In this document: one piece after another, positions 10,214 to 21,948 of the stretch | Layout: each line of letters begins with the position of its first letter | Numbering within the stretch: position 1 is the stretch's first letter | Assembly: GCA_051942165.1 (NCBI GenBank) | Contig: JAVECS010000030.1 | Coordinates: 1 to 38,533 of the forward strand | Source: Circinaria calcarea | Taxonomy: Eukaryota | Reading direction: 5' to 3' | DNA: 38,533 bases | Notes under the pieces: model-generated | What the model was told of the DNA's origin: nothing | The model's input: only the letters and a program-made list of their open reading frames with translations | Database searches by the model: none | Translations under genes and position numbers: made by a program

Positions 10214-13200
10214 CTACTCCTCCTTCACCACGACTCCATTCGCCCCTCCGTTCGTTTTCACAGCGCCCGCAGCGGGTGAACCTTCGTTACCAGGCGGGGT
10301 ATCCTCAGTTGCTGCGAGTCGGTTGTACATGCCTCTGATTTGAGGGCCTGCCGTGCCGGGATTTGGCCAATAAGTTGATACATAGTCCCTAGGAGCAGCT
10401 TCAGTCAGGCAGCCCAGTGTCTGTAACGAATTTTAGCGGCTTACCAAAGATCATTCTCCATGATAATCCTGTCAGGTCCTATAACGTCTAGGTCGAGAGT
10501 CTTCTTTATGTGTTGCCCGATCTTCACCAACTCGACCCTAAGAAGGTTCGCCCGGTCTTGTTTGACGGGAATCTTTTCCTTTGTGGCCCCCTTAACCAAA
10601 TCTAAACTATTTCTGACATCTCTGAAAGCTAGACGCATGAGGTGATTCCTGGTTCCACCACCGCCAATAGCATCATCATTGCTCCGTCGGTGGCTGTGCT
10701 GTGTTCGTCGGTGATTGGAGTCCTCCGGCTTTGTATGCTCGCTACCTGCTCTTGGGCGTGTATCAGATTGTGAGACGCCCCCATTTCGCTCTCCGTTCGA
10801 GTAGCGACGTTCGGCGCTATTGCGGTTTCGGCGCTTTTCCGCGTCTCTGTAGCCCTTCCGTGCTGAAGAGGGAGCAGGCGAAGCAGAGACGGTAGCACGA
10901 CCATCCATGTTTCGGGCGAATCCATTCTTCTTGTTGTTACGGTGATGGTTTTCAACAGCTCGCTTTGCAGCGAGGTTTGTACCATTGCTAGTTTTTTCTT
11001 TCAAGACGGATAATAGATAATCGGCCCGGCGCACAAGATGAACCGCACCAGGTGACTTTACACCCTTCTCCTCACCTTTACTTCGCTCTTCTTTCTTTTC
11101 AACTCGATGTTCTTCCAAGAAAAACTTGTCACCGAGGCCTAGGTCCGGGTCATCCCGAATTTGGACCCAAGCACCGTATCCGTGTCGTACAATACCGACA
11201 CAGAGCATGCCATCCTCACGTGCACCCCATTCCGTCGAGTATGTGGCTCCCTTGGATGCTTCAGGGATTCGAAAGCTCTTTGGATCAGTAGCTTGCTCTG
11301 TGACTTCCTTCAACATCCGCATCTCACCTGGTCGCTCCATGAAGGTCTCGGCGTTGATCCGCTTTACGCCCCTGTAATCGAAGAGTACAGCTTTTCGATC
11401 TTTTTTTGTAATGGTTTTATTCTGGGCACGTTCCAATGCATCAACCCGATCCTGCTCCTCTTTCAGTAGCTTGGTAGCCAGGTTGGAGATCTCTCCCAAC
11501 GTCCTCTTCAAAAGCCCTCGGTCTCGTGTCACAAGACGAGCTTCTTGAACGAGTTCATCACCACGATCGTCAATAGAACCAAATCGCAGGTAGCCCCGAA
11601 TGAGATTACGGACCTCCTTCTCGCTCATAGGTCTCTTGGGATCCTGGCCTGGCCGTTGGTCCGAGTCATCTGCGGCAGCGTTGAGTGCGGCAAGGTCTCT
11701 TGCTTGCTTCTTTGCCGCTCGCTCTTCACGGTCTTCATCTGCTTGCTTCCTCTTTCTCGGTGCGTTCTGTTCGATGATATCCTCAAGATATTTAGCGTCC
11801 GCCTTCCGCCTCTCCTCGTCTTTTATCTCGGCAAGTTGTTCCTTGGGGATAATCTGATCCCATTCAAGATCTACTTTAACGTCTGTATATTCAAAGCTCT
11901 TGAGGAACTCTTCTCCACCATCTGCGGCAATGCCCTCCGGTTGATCCGTTTTATGTTCTTCAGCATTAGCAAGGACTGAATCAATATCAAGCTCTTCGAG
12001 CGTCTTCTGATTCCCCGATTGTTCAAACATTTTCTGGCCACGTTGCTTCAGGATACGAGAGATATCATCAGAAGACGAGGGTTCAGTGACATTCTTTCCA
12101 GCACGGGCCATTTTGTCAGTCAGCTCTTTGGCGTCTTTGTCAGTTATGCCGCGGCGGATTGTGATGAATTCCAACATCAACTTATTCCTAGCCCGTTCGA
12201 GCACCTCCTCTTCGACAGTTTCCTTTGAGACCAGTCTGTAAATACTGACAGGCTTGGTTTGTCCAATTCGATGTGCCCGAGCCATTGCTTGGAGATCAGC
12301 TTGTGGATTCCAATCCGAGTCGAAGAGAACCACCGTATCTGCGGTCATGAGGTTGATGCCAAGACCACCAGCTCTTGTGGACAGCAAGAAGCAAAAGTCG
12401 TTACTATCTGGTGCGTTGAAATGATCGATTGCCATCCTGCGAGGTCCAGCAGCTATCGTACCGTCAAGGCGTTGGAACTGGTAGCCTCGAAGACGTAAAT
12501 AGTCGCTCAAGATATCAAGCATCTTCACCATCTGACTGAAAATCAACACGCGATGGTTATCTTTTTTAAGCTTGGTGAGTAATTGATCGAGCAACATCAT
12601 CTTGCCACTGCTCGAGATGAGGCCTTTGAGGACGTCTTCACGCTGATCACGGCCTGCCAAAATACGGTCCTCGGCGTTAGGGAACATGAAAGGATGGTTG
12701 CTTGCTTTCTTTAACTCCATCATAATATTCAACAAAGATTGCTTTTGCCCCTTGGCTCCTTGATTCAGGGCCGCATAATTACGAGTTAGAATGTTTCTAT
12801 AATATTCCAACTGAACGTCAGCTAGTACCACCCGAATTGTCTTCTCTGTTTTCGGTGGTAGGTCATTCTCCACTCTGTTTTTCGTTCGGCGAAGCATGTA
12901 TGGCTGTATCGCGTTGGTCAACTCCGCAATCTTGTTTCCGGCCTCTTCAGACTGCAAGTCCATGTTTTCTTCGATGGTGATTTTACCGGGGTTAAGGAAG
13001 TCCATGAGCGCCGATAGTTCCCCTAGATGGTTTTGAATCGGAGTCCCCGTAATCAGGAGGCGACTGGGGGCCTTGAAGTCAAGAAGCTTTACATATAGCT
13101 GAGAATCACGATTCTTCAGCCGGTGGGCCTCGTCAATAGCCATGAATTGCCACTTAATTTGCGAAAGGAAGGATGCATCGGCAAGGATATACTCGTACGT

Positions 13201-15700
13201 AGTTAGGAGAACGTTAAACTTAGCCTTTTGCGTGTTACCGTTCACCAAAAGTTCGTACTGTTTGATTATGTTTCGAGACGCTTCATTACCATTGTAGACG
13301 ACGTAATTGATATCCGGTGTCCAGTTATCAAAGGTTTCAGCCCACGAAGGCATAGTCGACAATGGAACGACAACAATAAAAGGCCCATGTTGCTGTCGAT
13401 CATGCCTAAGCCAGTTCATAAAAGCCACGGTTTGAACGGTCTTTCCAAGCCCCATTTCGTCTGCGAGTATTACATTCTGATTCTTACACCAGTTGTATGC
13501 TAAAAAGTTTAGTCCGACAATTTGAAATTCGCGAAGTGTGCCATGCTTGATGTAGGATGGCTGTTCTGTCATGGTAATGTGTCGACGCCGCGTGTCTTTG
13601 TTTGACTCATGCTTATCGGATAGGGGAAGTTTCGAGGTACGGTCAAGATACCTATCGATCTCCGTTTGGGCAATGCTACTAACCAGGGCAGCAGCCTCCC
13701 ATGTGCATGAGTCGTAATAAAGACCTCTCCCTAAACACTATCAGCACATGCTACTCCAGTAATACATATTGTGGTCATACACTTGACAAAGTACTCCGTA
13801 TTTCCATCATCACCTTCACGAGAACCAATGACTCTCTCGACCTTCATGTAATCAGTCAAGGCATCCGCATCACGCTCACGGTCCAGACTCCATTTCTCCT
13901 TTTCCTCAGGTGGCATGTCATCGTCCTGTGACATGTGGATATCCTCTTGCACTATTTTACGAAAATAGTTTTCGAGTCTTCGGACACCACGGCAGGATGC
14001 TAGATCAGAGTTTTTCTCCCATGTTGCATGGTAATGGGCTTTTCCTTGCCATTTCACCTGTTCGAAATGACTCAGTTACAAGCATGGGATGAAGGATAGA
14101 AGCCTGCCATTAAGCTGTGAATCACATACATAGTACTCAAAGTCGTCTCTGCCTGGATCCGTGATATCTTGGCCTGTTGCTGATTAGCGTCTAACCACAG
14201 AAGGGTACAGCTGCGCTTACCAGCACTTGCGCGAGGTCGGTGGTTCAGGATAGCATCAATCGCAGGAACATCCTCCACCTGTTCAGCAGCCCAGTAGTTT
14301 GGCGTCAGCATGTCGGCGTCCTCTTCCTCAAACATGTCTTCATCATCTTCATTATAATTGGAGACTTTGGCAGCTTTGCGAGTCGAGAAGCGGACCTCAG
14401 CATGCGAAGGGCCAGAATCGCTGCCTGCGGGTAGCAGCTTGCGCCGATGATTTTTTGCCGTGGCTCGTCGCCGCGACACTCCATATACGTCAGAGTCCGA
14501 TTCAGAATTAGACGGTGAGCGGGCGGAGAGGCTGGCTTGTTTGGATGCTGCTATAACATTCCGACATTAGCACTGAACAAGTGAAACTTTGCGAGACCCA
14601 AGCCCTAAGTCAGGGGTAGGAGGAAAGGTACCTTGAGCAGAAGTTTGCTTTCTCCTCTTCCGTGGGTGGGCCGGGATATCTGAATCTGACCCATCGTCTT
14701 CTGATCCGCTTTCAATCTAACAACCTATGTTTAGCAAACTTGCGCCGATGGTAAAGGCTAGTACACATACGATACGGTTAGAGGGACGAGCACGAGCCTG
14801 CAACTGTCAGCCATGAAAACTATTCCTATCCATAATGTCTTACGCTTCGGCGAATTCCATAGAGTGCTGGATTGTTGAGAATATACTCATCTTCTTCGAC
14901 TCCAGATTTCCGCTTTCCCGGTCGTCGGGAATCTGGAGATGAAGAACGATCGTCGTGAGTGGTTATTATGTTTGCGGGAGGTGTAGACTCCATCTCATAG
15001 TCTGCGTCATCAGATCCAGCTGCATCTTCATCTTGAGATGATACCGAGCCTTCTCTGCTATAGTAGCCGTTCTCAGAGTTCTGTTGATTTTGGGTTCGGG
15101 GGGGTAAGGAGGTAGGATTCGAATGGTCGATGACTTCCGAAAGGTCGCTTTCACTGCTTGACACTGCAGCACCGTGGGACAGACCATTAACAGTTGGCGA
15201 AAGGTGTCCATTGTTGTATGAATGCGATGAGGATGCTTCGCGCGAAGGGGGGAATACTAGTGTACTTGCTGTACGAGAAGGCAGTTAGCATTGAATCACG
15301 TACGCCGGTCGCAGGCACAGCCCGTATGAATAAGCAAGCAGATCAAGCGTCCGCGACCCAGAAACAACTTCACAGCGGCTGCTGGCTCCAGAGAATGCTG
15401 GACAATGATAGATTGAAGATGGAAGGGTAGGTGTTGACGATATTTTGATGGACGGTACATGGCACAATAACCCACTCCTGCCAGCTTGTACTTCACTTGG
15501 AGAAGGTAGAGTGTCTAGCAGTACCAGATCAAGCCATCCAATGTCTCCGGGAGTAAGCTGGAGGAGTATTGGACGCATATATAAATATAGGTAGCCCTAA
15601 CGATGAGGCTCCAATCGGCTGGAGAGATGCGGTGATTGAGACATGTACAGCAACTGGAACACCGCTCAAGAGAGTGGATGTAGTGGTACTTACAAGCCAT
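10214..15700 (-). CDS. CHD1: Chromodomain-helicase-DNA-binding chromatin remodeler Chd1/Hrp3 (~1551 aa, 9 exons)
   Basis: Exons 15700-15694, 15268-14844, 14797-14771, 14716-14632, 14550-14221, 14173-14130, 14057-13781, 13730-10445, 10388-10214, all in phase. Tandem chromodomains (FEYYVKWQGKAHYHATWE; VERVI..EYFVKWRGLYYDSCTWE), SNF2 motifs LADEMGLGKT and DEAHRLKN, helicase-C STRAGGLGINL and QAMARAHRIGQ, SLIDE-type region, C-terminal LWDYVSTYWPN. Confidence 0.95.
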
Positions 15701-16139
15701 GGCTGACAGAGCCTCGCTCTGGATACGAGAGTTGTATTCGCCGTGGTGTGGTTGATATTCCGGAATCTGGGGGGGTGTAGATTCAGGTTGACCGAGACAG
15801 ACAGAATGAGAACGAGCGAACATTACCGTACTGACGATCGGTCCACTAACACTTTCGCTAAACGCCAAGCCCACCTTGCACTAGCGTCGGTGTTTAAATT
15901 CATCATCCCACTATCAATCTGTCGTGTGTTGGACGTTCACAGTATTTGCCCCAACGCCGTGTCATTGTCGGCAGCTCGTAATTCCCTATTTGGCTTCCTT
16001 TGTGCTGACGGGTGTTGAGACGTCCTTTCCACCACTCAGCACAGTATTGCGGAGTTTATAGCAAAGAGAAATTTGAAGCGGGGCATCTTCCTACTGTTCC
16101 TGTCCTGCTCCGCCCTGGGTACTCTGGGACATATCCACC
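15701..16139. promoter_or_regulatory. Divergent intergenic region and probable bidirectional promoter of CHD1/RLI1
   Basis: Head-to-head start codons at 15700(-) and 16140(+), with 439 bp between them. Confidence 0.55.
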
Positions 16140-18346
16140 ATGTCTGACAAACTGACGCGGTAAGTCGGCGGGGGTATCTGGCGATCCTGCCTTTGGACTA
16201 ACCGGATGACCATGCAGTATTGCTATTGTCAATAACGACAAGGTATCATCCACATCCTTACAGATTTCTTATCATTTCCGGAGAAGACATTGAGGCTGAT
16301 CAGGATTTTGGCTCATCCAGTGCAAACCCAAGGTACAGTCAGTGCTCACCCTGGAATCAAGCCAAGCGGACTGACCGGGGGCTAGAAATGTCGTCAAGAA
16401 TGCAAGAAATCGTGTCCGGTTGTCAGGACCGGCAAACTTTGCATAGAGGTCACTCCAGAATCCAAAATTGCTTTCATATCGGAGAGGCTATGTATTGGTT
16501 GTGGAATATGTGTCAAGAAATGCCCTTTTGCTGCCATCAATATCATCAACCTGCCTACAAACCTCGAATCTCAGGTCACGCACAGGTATTCGGCAAACAG
16601 CTTCAAGCTTCATCGGCTGCCGATGCCCCGACCTGGACAGGTACTGGGACTTGTTGGAACAAATGGTATCGGGAAGAGTACGGCACTGAAGATATTGAGT
16701 GGCAAGCTCAAGCCAAATCTTGGGAGGTATGATAGTCCTCCAGACTGGGAAGAGATTCTCAAGTATTTCCGGGGATCGGAACTACAAAGTACGCGTCACT
16801 AAAATCACATGACGGCGATTTACTAACGTCTACCAGATTATTTTACCAAAGTCCTGGAGGATGATTTAAAAGCTGTTGTAAAGCCTCAATACGTGGATCA
16901 GATTCCCAAGGCCGTAAAAGGTACAGATCGGACAGTAGAAGGTCTGATAACTGCCCGCTCACAGATGGACAACTTGGAGAAGATATTGGATATATTAGGT
17001 TCGCCGCCCAATTTCTAAACGTGAAACTTCTCGTTATATTAACCCGTCTTCAGAACTCGAACAGGTCTTGGATCGGGATATCGACAAACTCTCTGGTGGG
17101 GAATTGCAACGATTCGCCATTGGTATTGTCTGCGTTCAACAGGCCGACGTGTAGGTTTTCCGAACTATTTTCATGGATATGATTTTGACGCTTGCGATAG
17201 CTACATGTTCGATGAGCCGTCATCATACCTAGATGTCAAGCAGCGTCTGAATGCTGCCAGAACCATTCGTGACCTTCTTAGACCAGATGACTATGTTATA
17301 GTTGTCGAGCACGATTTGTCAGTTTTGGATTATCTTTCCGACTTTATCTGTGTCCTATACGGGAAGCCGGCCGTGTACGGTGTCGTCACTCTCCCAGCGT
17401 CTGTTCGGGAAGGTATCAACATCTTCCTCGATGGCAATATTCCAACGGAGAACCTCCGCTTTCGTGAAGAATCACTAACATTCAGAATCGCCGAGGCCGG
17501 GGATGAGTTCATGTTCGAGAAAGCTCGTGCCTTTAGCTACCCGGCCATGGAAAAGACGCTGGGAGGCTTCCATTTAAAAATAGAGCCTGGGCAGTTCACG
17601 GACTCGGAGATTATCGTCATGATGGGAGAAAACGGAACGGGCAAGACCACATTCTGTCGGTTGCTTGCTGGGGCCGAAAAACCCGATGGTACCAAATCCG
17701 TGCCGTCCATGAACATTTCCATGAAGCCTCAGAAAATTACGCCTAAGTTTCAGGGTACTGTCCGCCAGCTATTCTTCAAGAAAATAAAGGCTTCCTTCCT
17801 AAACCCGCAATTCCAGACAGATGTGTACAAGCCGCTGAAGCTTGAAGACTTCATTGATCAGGAAGTCCAGAATCTTTCGGGTGGTGAATTACAACGTGTA
17901 GCTATTGTCCTTGCCCTGGGCATTCCCGCAGACATCTACCTCATCGACGAGCCTAGTGCTTATCTCGATTCCGAACAGCGTATTATTGCTGCGCGTGTTA
18001 TCAAGCGCTTCATTATGCACGCAAAGAAGACCGCGTTCATTGTCGAGCATGATTTTATCATGGCGACATATCTCGCCGACCGTGTCATAGTCTTTGACGG
18101 AAAGCCATCGGTGGATGCAAGGGCAAATACTCCAGAAGGATTACTGACAGGCTGCAACAAGTTCCTCAAAAATCTTGACGTCACCTTCAGGAGAGATCCT
18201 AACAGCTTCAGACCTCGAATCAACAAAGCCAACAGTCAGCTAGACCAAGAGCAGAAACTTAATGGAAACTACGTAAGTATACCCCTATTTCTTCACTGGC
18301 AAGCCATTGACACATTTCACAGTTCTTCTTGGAAGATGACAGTTAA
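16140..18346 (+). CDS. RLI1: ABCE1/Rli1 Fe-S ABC ATPase, ribosome recycling factor (604 aa, 8 exons)
   Basis: Exons 16140-16159, 16218-16242, 16321-16332, 16386-16788, 16837-16998, 17054-17150, 17201-18272, 18323-18346. N-terminus [45 protein letters not shown]. Walker A motifs GTNGIGKST and GENGTGKT, two LSGGELQR signatures, C-terminus GNYFFLEDDS*. Confidence 0.97.
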
Positions 18347-19093
18347 AAAGGGAGTCCCTAAAAACGACTTTCCGCAACATGACGATGCATTAGACACTGG
18401 AGTTATAGCATCGCCCGGCGTTGGTAAAAGCGCCGGAAAACGCAGAGCTGGTCTCCTGGATGATGAAGCATGCGCCGATGAAGACGACGACGAAGACGAT
18501 ATAACATAATGGCGGCGGTCTACCTCCTGTCCCCTTATCATTGCCAACGCGCCTGGAAAAGGGACGAAGGGCGAGCTGGCAGTGTTTATAGGTTGATGGG
18601 TTAAGCTAGGTGACTACCATCAGGGGTTTACTACCAGGCCTACTGAGCAATGGGAGGAAACAAGTTGGTCTGGCAATTACAGGTTCTGCTTGTCAAACTC
18701 TGTGCAAAGGAGGTTACAATTGGCGTCGGGTTGACTCTAAACAGAGCACGTGCAACCTTTCTACAAGGCGGTAGCAGATTATCTACGTGGGAGCTGCCGC
18801 TTATCGTGCATAGGACAGAGAGCACACAAAAATGTCCCAGACCGATATGACGTACCTAGTTTGTTTTCTCTCTACCATCACCACAAAAAATTCGGTTTCA
18901 TGGCCCACTCAATCGCTGACTTAACCCGTTTTTTTCCCTCCCCAATTGCCGAAATCGAACTGCAACCGCAAGTAGTAATGCCAGCAAAGGGCCGAGAGGC
19001 TCGAACTTACTAACCTTGAGTATCGATGGCATCAAACACCCGCTGAAAGAAGATCTCCCCAAAGACACTGACCCGGACCCGAGCTAGACCTGT

Positions 19094-21551
19094 TCATTCT
19101 TCCTCGACCATTTCGCCCTCCTCGCTTCCCGAATGCACCGCCGGCTCATCCTTGACCGGCACCACGGGCGCCTGAGGCGTCCTACTCCTCCTCTCCCTCT
19201 CCCGTCGGACCCTCTTGTCCCTCCGCCCTTCACTCTCCCCGTCGCTTTCCCCTCCCCTTCTTCGCCTCCCTCCGATGCCGCTTCCGTAATCGAGTTCGTC
19301 CCGCCCGCCTCTCGGATCCCCTCGAGTCCGGTAGAGTCTCTCCCTTTCATCTTCCCTGTCTTTTCGTTCACGATCGTAACGCGCGGTAGATCGGCCATCG
19401 GCATGTTTACTTGAGATACGCTCGTGGCGGTCGTGGTCTCGGTCACGGGGTGGGGGCGATAAGCCGGTGGCGCTGGACTTGCGGTACTGACGCTCGCGAT
19501 CGGCCATTGCTTTGCGGCGGTCGGCTTCGTAGGCGTCAGGCTCAGGGGTACGGCTTGCCCGAGCAAGTGGAGGAGCGTGTTTACGACCCGAGTGGCTGTT
19601 TCGGAGGTCTCGATCCCGATCTCGATGGCTGTCTCTCTCGCGGTCGCGGTGATCACGTTTCGAGCCCCGGTCTTTCTCGCGCTCCTTTTCCGCATCTTCT
19701 TCTTTTTCCTTAAGACGACGGATGACCTTGTCGAAAGCTTGTTTGCGCAGATCTTCAGACTCGAGGGCTTGGAACTCTTCGAGGTGAGCGACCTGTGCTC
19801 GGACAGCTTCCCATGTCGATGTGGGTAGCACGGTAGGGTTATCGAGGTGTTTGATCCTAGAGCGGAGTGCATCTACGAGCCGGCGCTGCTGCCGCTCGGA
19901 GGCGTGCTTATCGTCTTCTGTGCGGCGGAGGACTTTCTCGAGCAGGCGATGGAATATTAGAGTGAGTGTATCCGGAGGGATACTGTCGGTGCGACGGTCC
20001 GTAGACATGAGGGAGAGAAACTCGGGAAGAGTAGTTTTGGGTGTTATCTCGTAGCGTTTGTCCTCTAATACATCATAGACTTCGTTGCGGATAAGACGGA
20101 GGGCCCGCTCTTCTTCTTCGACCATGTCCCAAAAGAGATCAAGAGGCGTTGAACCTGTTTGGCCAAGCAACGCTTTGTAGCGAGGGTCGTCCTCAACTAA
20201 GGGCAGAATTTGCATCCATTTTGTACCGGCTTTGATATTTCCAGCGGCTTTAAGTTCTTGAAGCAATGAAAGAAACTGATCACGATTCTGCCGTTCTCTC
20301 CTAGCTTTAGAGTTCTTCTCACGCTGGCGCTCGTCATTGAACGTTCGCTCCAGTGACTTTATGTGATTCTCGAAAGCAGTTAAAATGTCGGATTTGCTTA
20401 AAGATTGGAACTTCTCATCCCCCTGAAATCTTTCATTTGATTGGATGATCTCATGTGCAGTAGCCCACCTAGTATAGGGCTCTAAATCGAGGCCTTTCAG
20501 AATTCCAACCAGCTCATCCATAGCAGACTTCTTGGTAGTGATTTCGCGCTCTACATTGGCCTTTTTGAGATCGATGATATATTCCTCAAATAATTGGCGG
20601 CGCTCTGTGTCATCGCTTGTTGATCGGAAAATCGTCTCACCCTGGATAATAGGCCTCGCGGTCTTCCATCTAGTGTAATGTTTGATCTCTGGGTGACTTC
20701 TTAGCATAGTACCAAAGTCGGCGCGCAGCTTAGCAAGCCTTTCTTTAGCACGGTCCTTCTCTTGCAGGCGAACTTCCACGGCATATTTTTCGAACGCTGC
20801 CTTGCGATCTTTTGGATCCTTCAGAGCTCGATATTGGGGGTCCTTGATCGTGGCTCGCATGGTTTGCTCCCATGTCCAGTCTGGCTGCACATTTGATCGG
20901 CGGAGTAGCTTGATGAACGCGGCTTCGCCTTCCTCAAAAGTCGAATAGTCTGGATCCGTAGATTGAGGCTGGAAGGTTGGGGCCCGTGATCCATTTGTGT
21001 CATTCTGCCCATACCCTATCTGCCTCTCTGGTCCCACACGTTCTCCATAATCATCTCGATCACGCTGTTGAGGGTATGATGAGAACGAAGCTGTACCTCC
21101 AGCAACGAACTGCTGATGTCTGCCAGCCATTAATCCCGGTCAACCTAGAGTTGGGGTATACCTACGGAGCAGCCGGTTGTGTAGCAGGCTGGCTCTGTGC
21201 TAGAGCATCCTTGTAGACCTGTGGCATCTCCCACGAGCTCGTCTTGTTCTCCGTGTTGTACCTAGACTACCGTAAGCTACTCTGCTTGATCTAACAATAT
21301 CAAGGGTGGCCCAGTACCAGTATTTCTTTCCATTTGAGCTGTATTCCTTCCATGGTTGATTCGCGAGAGCTCGCTATGCTCGGTCAGCTCATATGTTGAA
21401 ACAGAAGATACGGTTCACCTACCTCGGCTGGTGTCATAAGCTCCGCTGGCTTGGTCCATTGCGTTGCTTTGGTTTGCGTATTGTAGTAGTACACGCGTCC
21501 TTCCGGCGTACTGGCCTGACTCCATGAAGCAGCTCCGTTTATTCCATTCAT
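19094..21551 (-). CDS. PRP40: U1 snRNP-associated Prp40 (two WW plus FF domains, RS/RD-like tail), 768 aa
   Basis: Exons 21551-21423, 21373-21318, 21261-21166, 21119-19094. WW1 WSQASTPEGRVYYYNTQTKATQWTKP, WW2 WKEYSSNGKKYWYNTENKTSSWEMP. FF repeats such as AFIKLLRRSNVQPDWTWEQTMRATIKDPQYRAL..RKAAFEKY. C-terminal SEEGE motif. Confidence 0.95.
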
Positions 21552-21948
21552 GGTCGCTAAAGCCAGGCATACACCTATCACAAAGCGCAGAGTGAAGGAT
21601 ATCTTGAATAGCGATACTCCTGGGGTATGTGGATTGCCGAAAGAAGCCCCAAGTTCGATTTTCTTCGCTTGTGCTTCACTCACATTTCAACCAATCACAC
21701 CCCAAGCTCAAACCTTAAATTCAACCAGAACCGGCCAACAGTAGTTCACTCTACTGATCTATTTAACTCCAATCTCTGCTCACCCAAACCACTGTCGCTA
21801 CATCGCATTAAGCAACCAGCTTTCTTCGTTGTTTGAGTCATCACATTGCAATACTGACGCTGTCTGATCTCTCAATGGCTTCGCTGGAGCCTATCCACAT
21901 CACCTCGAGTGCCTAACAGATTGCAAGGCATCAAACAAGTCCGGCAGG

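Noticed and set aside
14966..15211. Strong-context ATG (ACAATGG) at 15211 as the CHD1 start
   Set aside because: It is out of frame with CHD1 and no intron of plausible length restores the frame. The ATG at 15700 explains the gene.
19084..19872. 262-aa alternative-frame ORF overlapping the PRP40 3' end
   Set aside because: It has a non-ATG start, and the GC-rich repetitive Arg/Asp codons suppress stops in the shifted frame.
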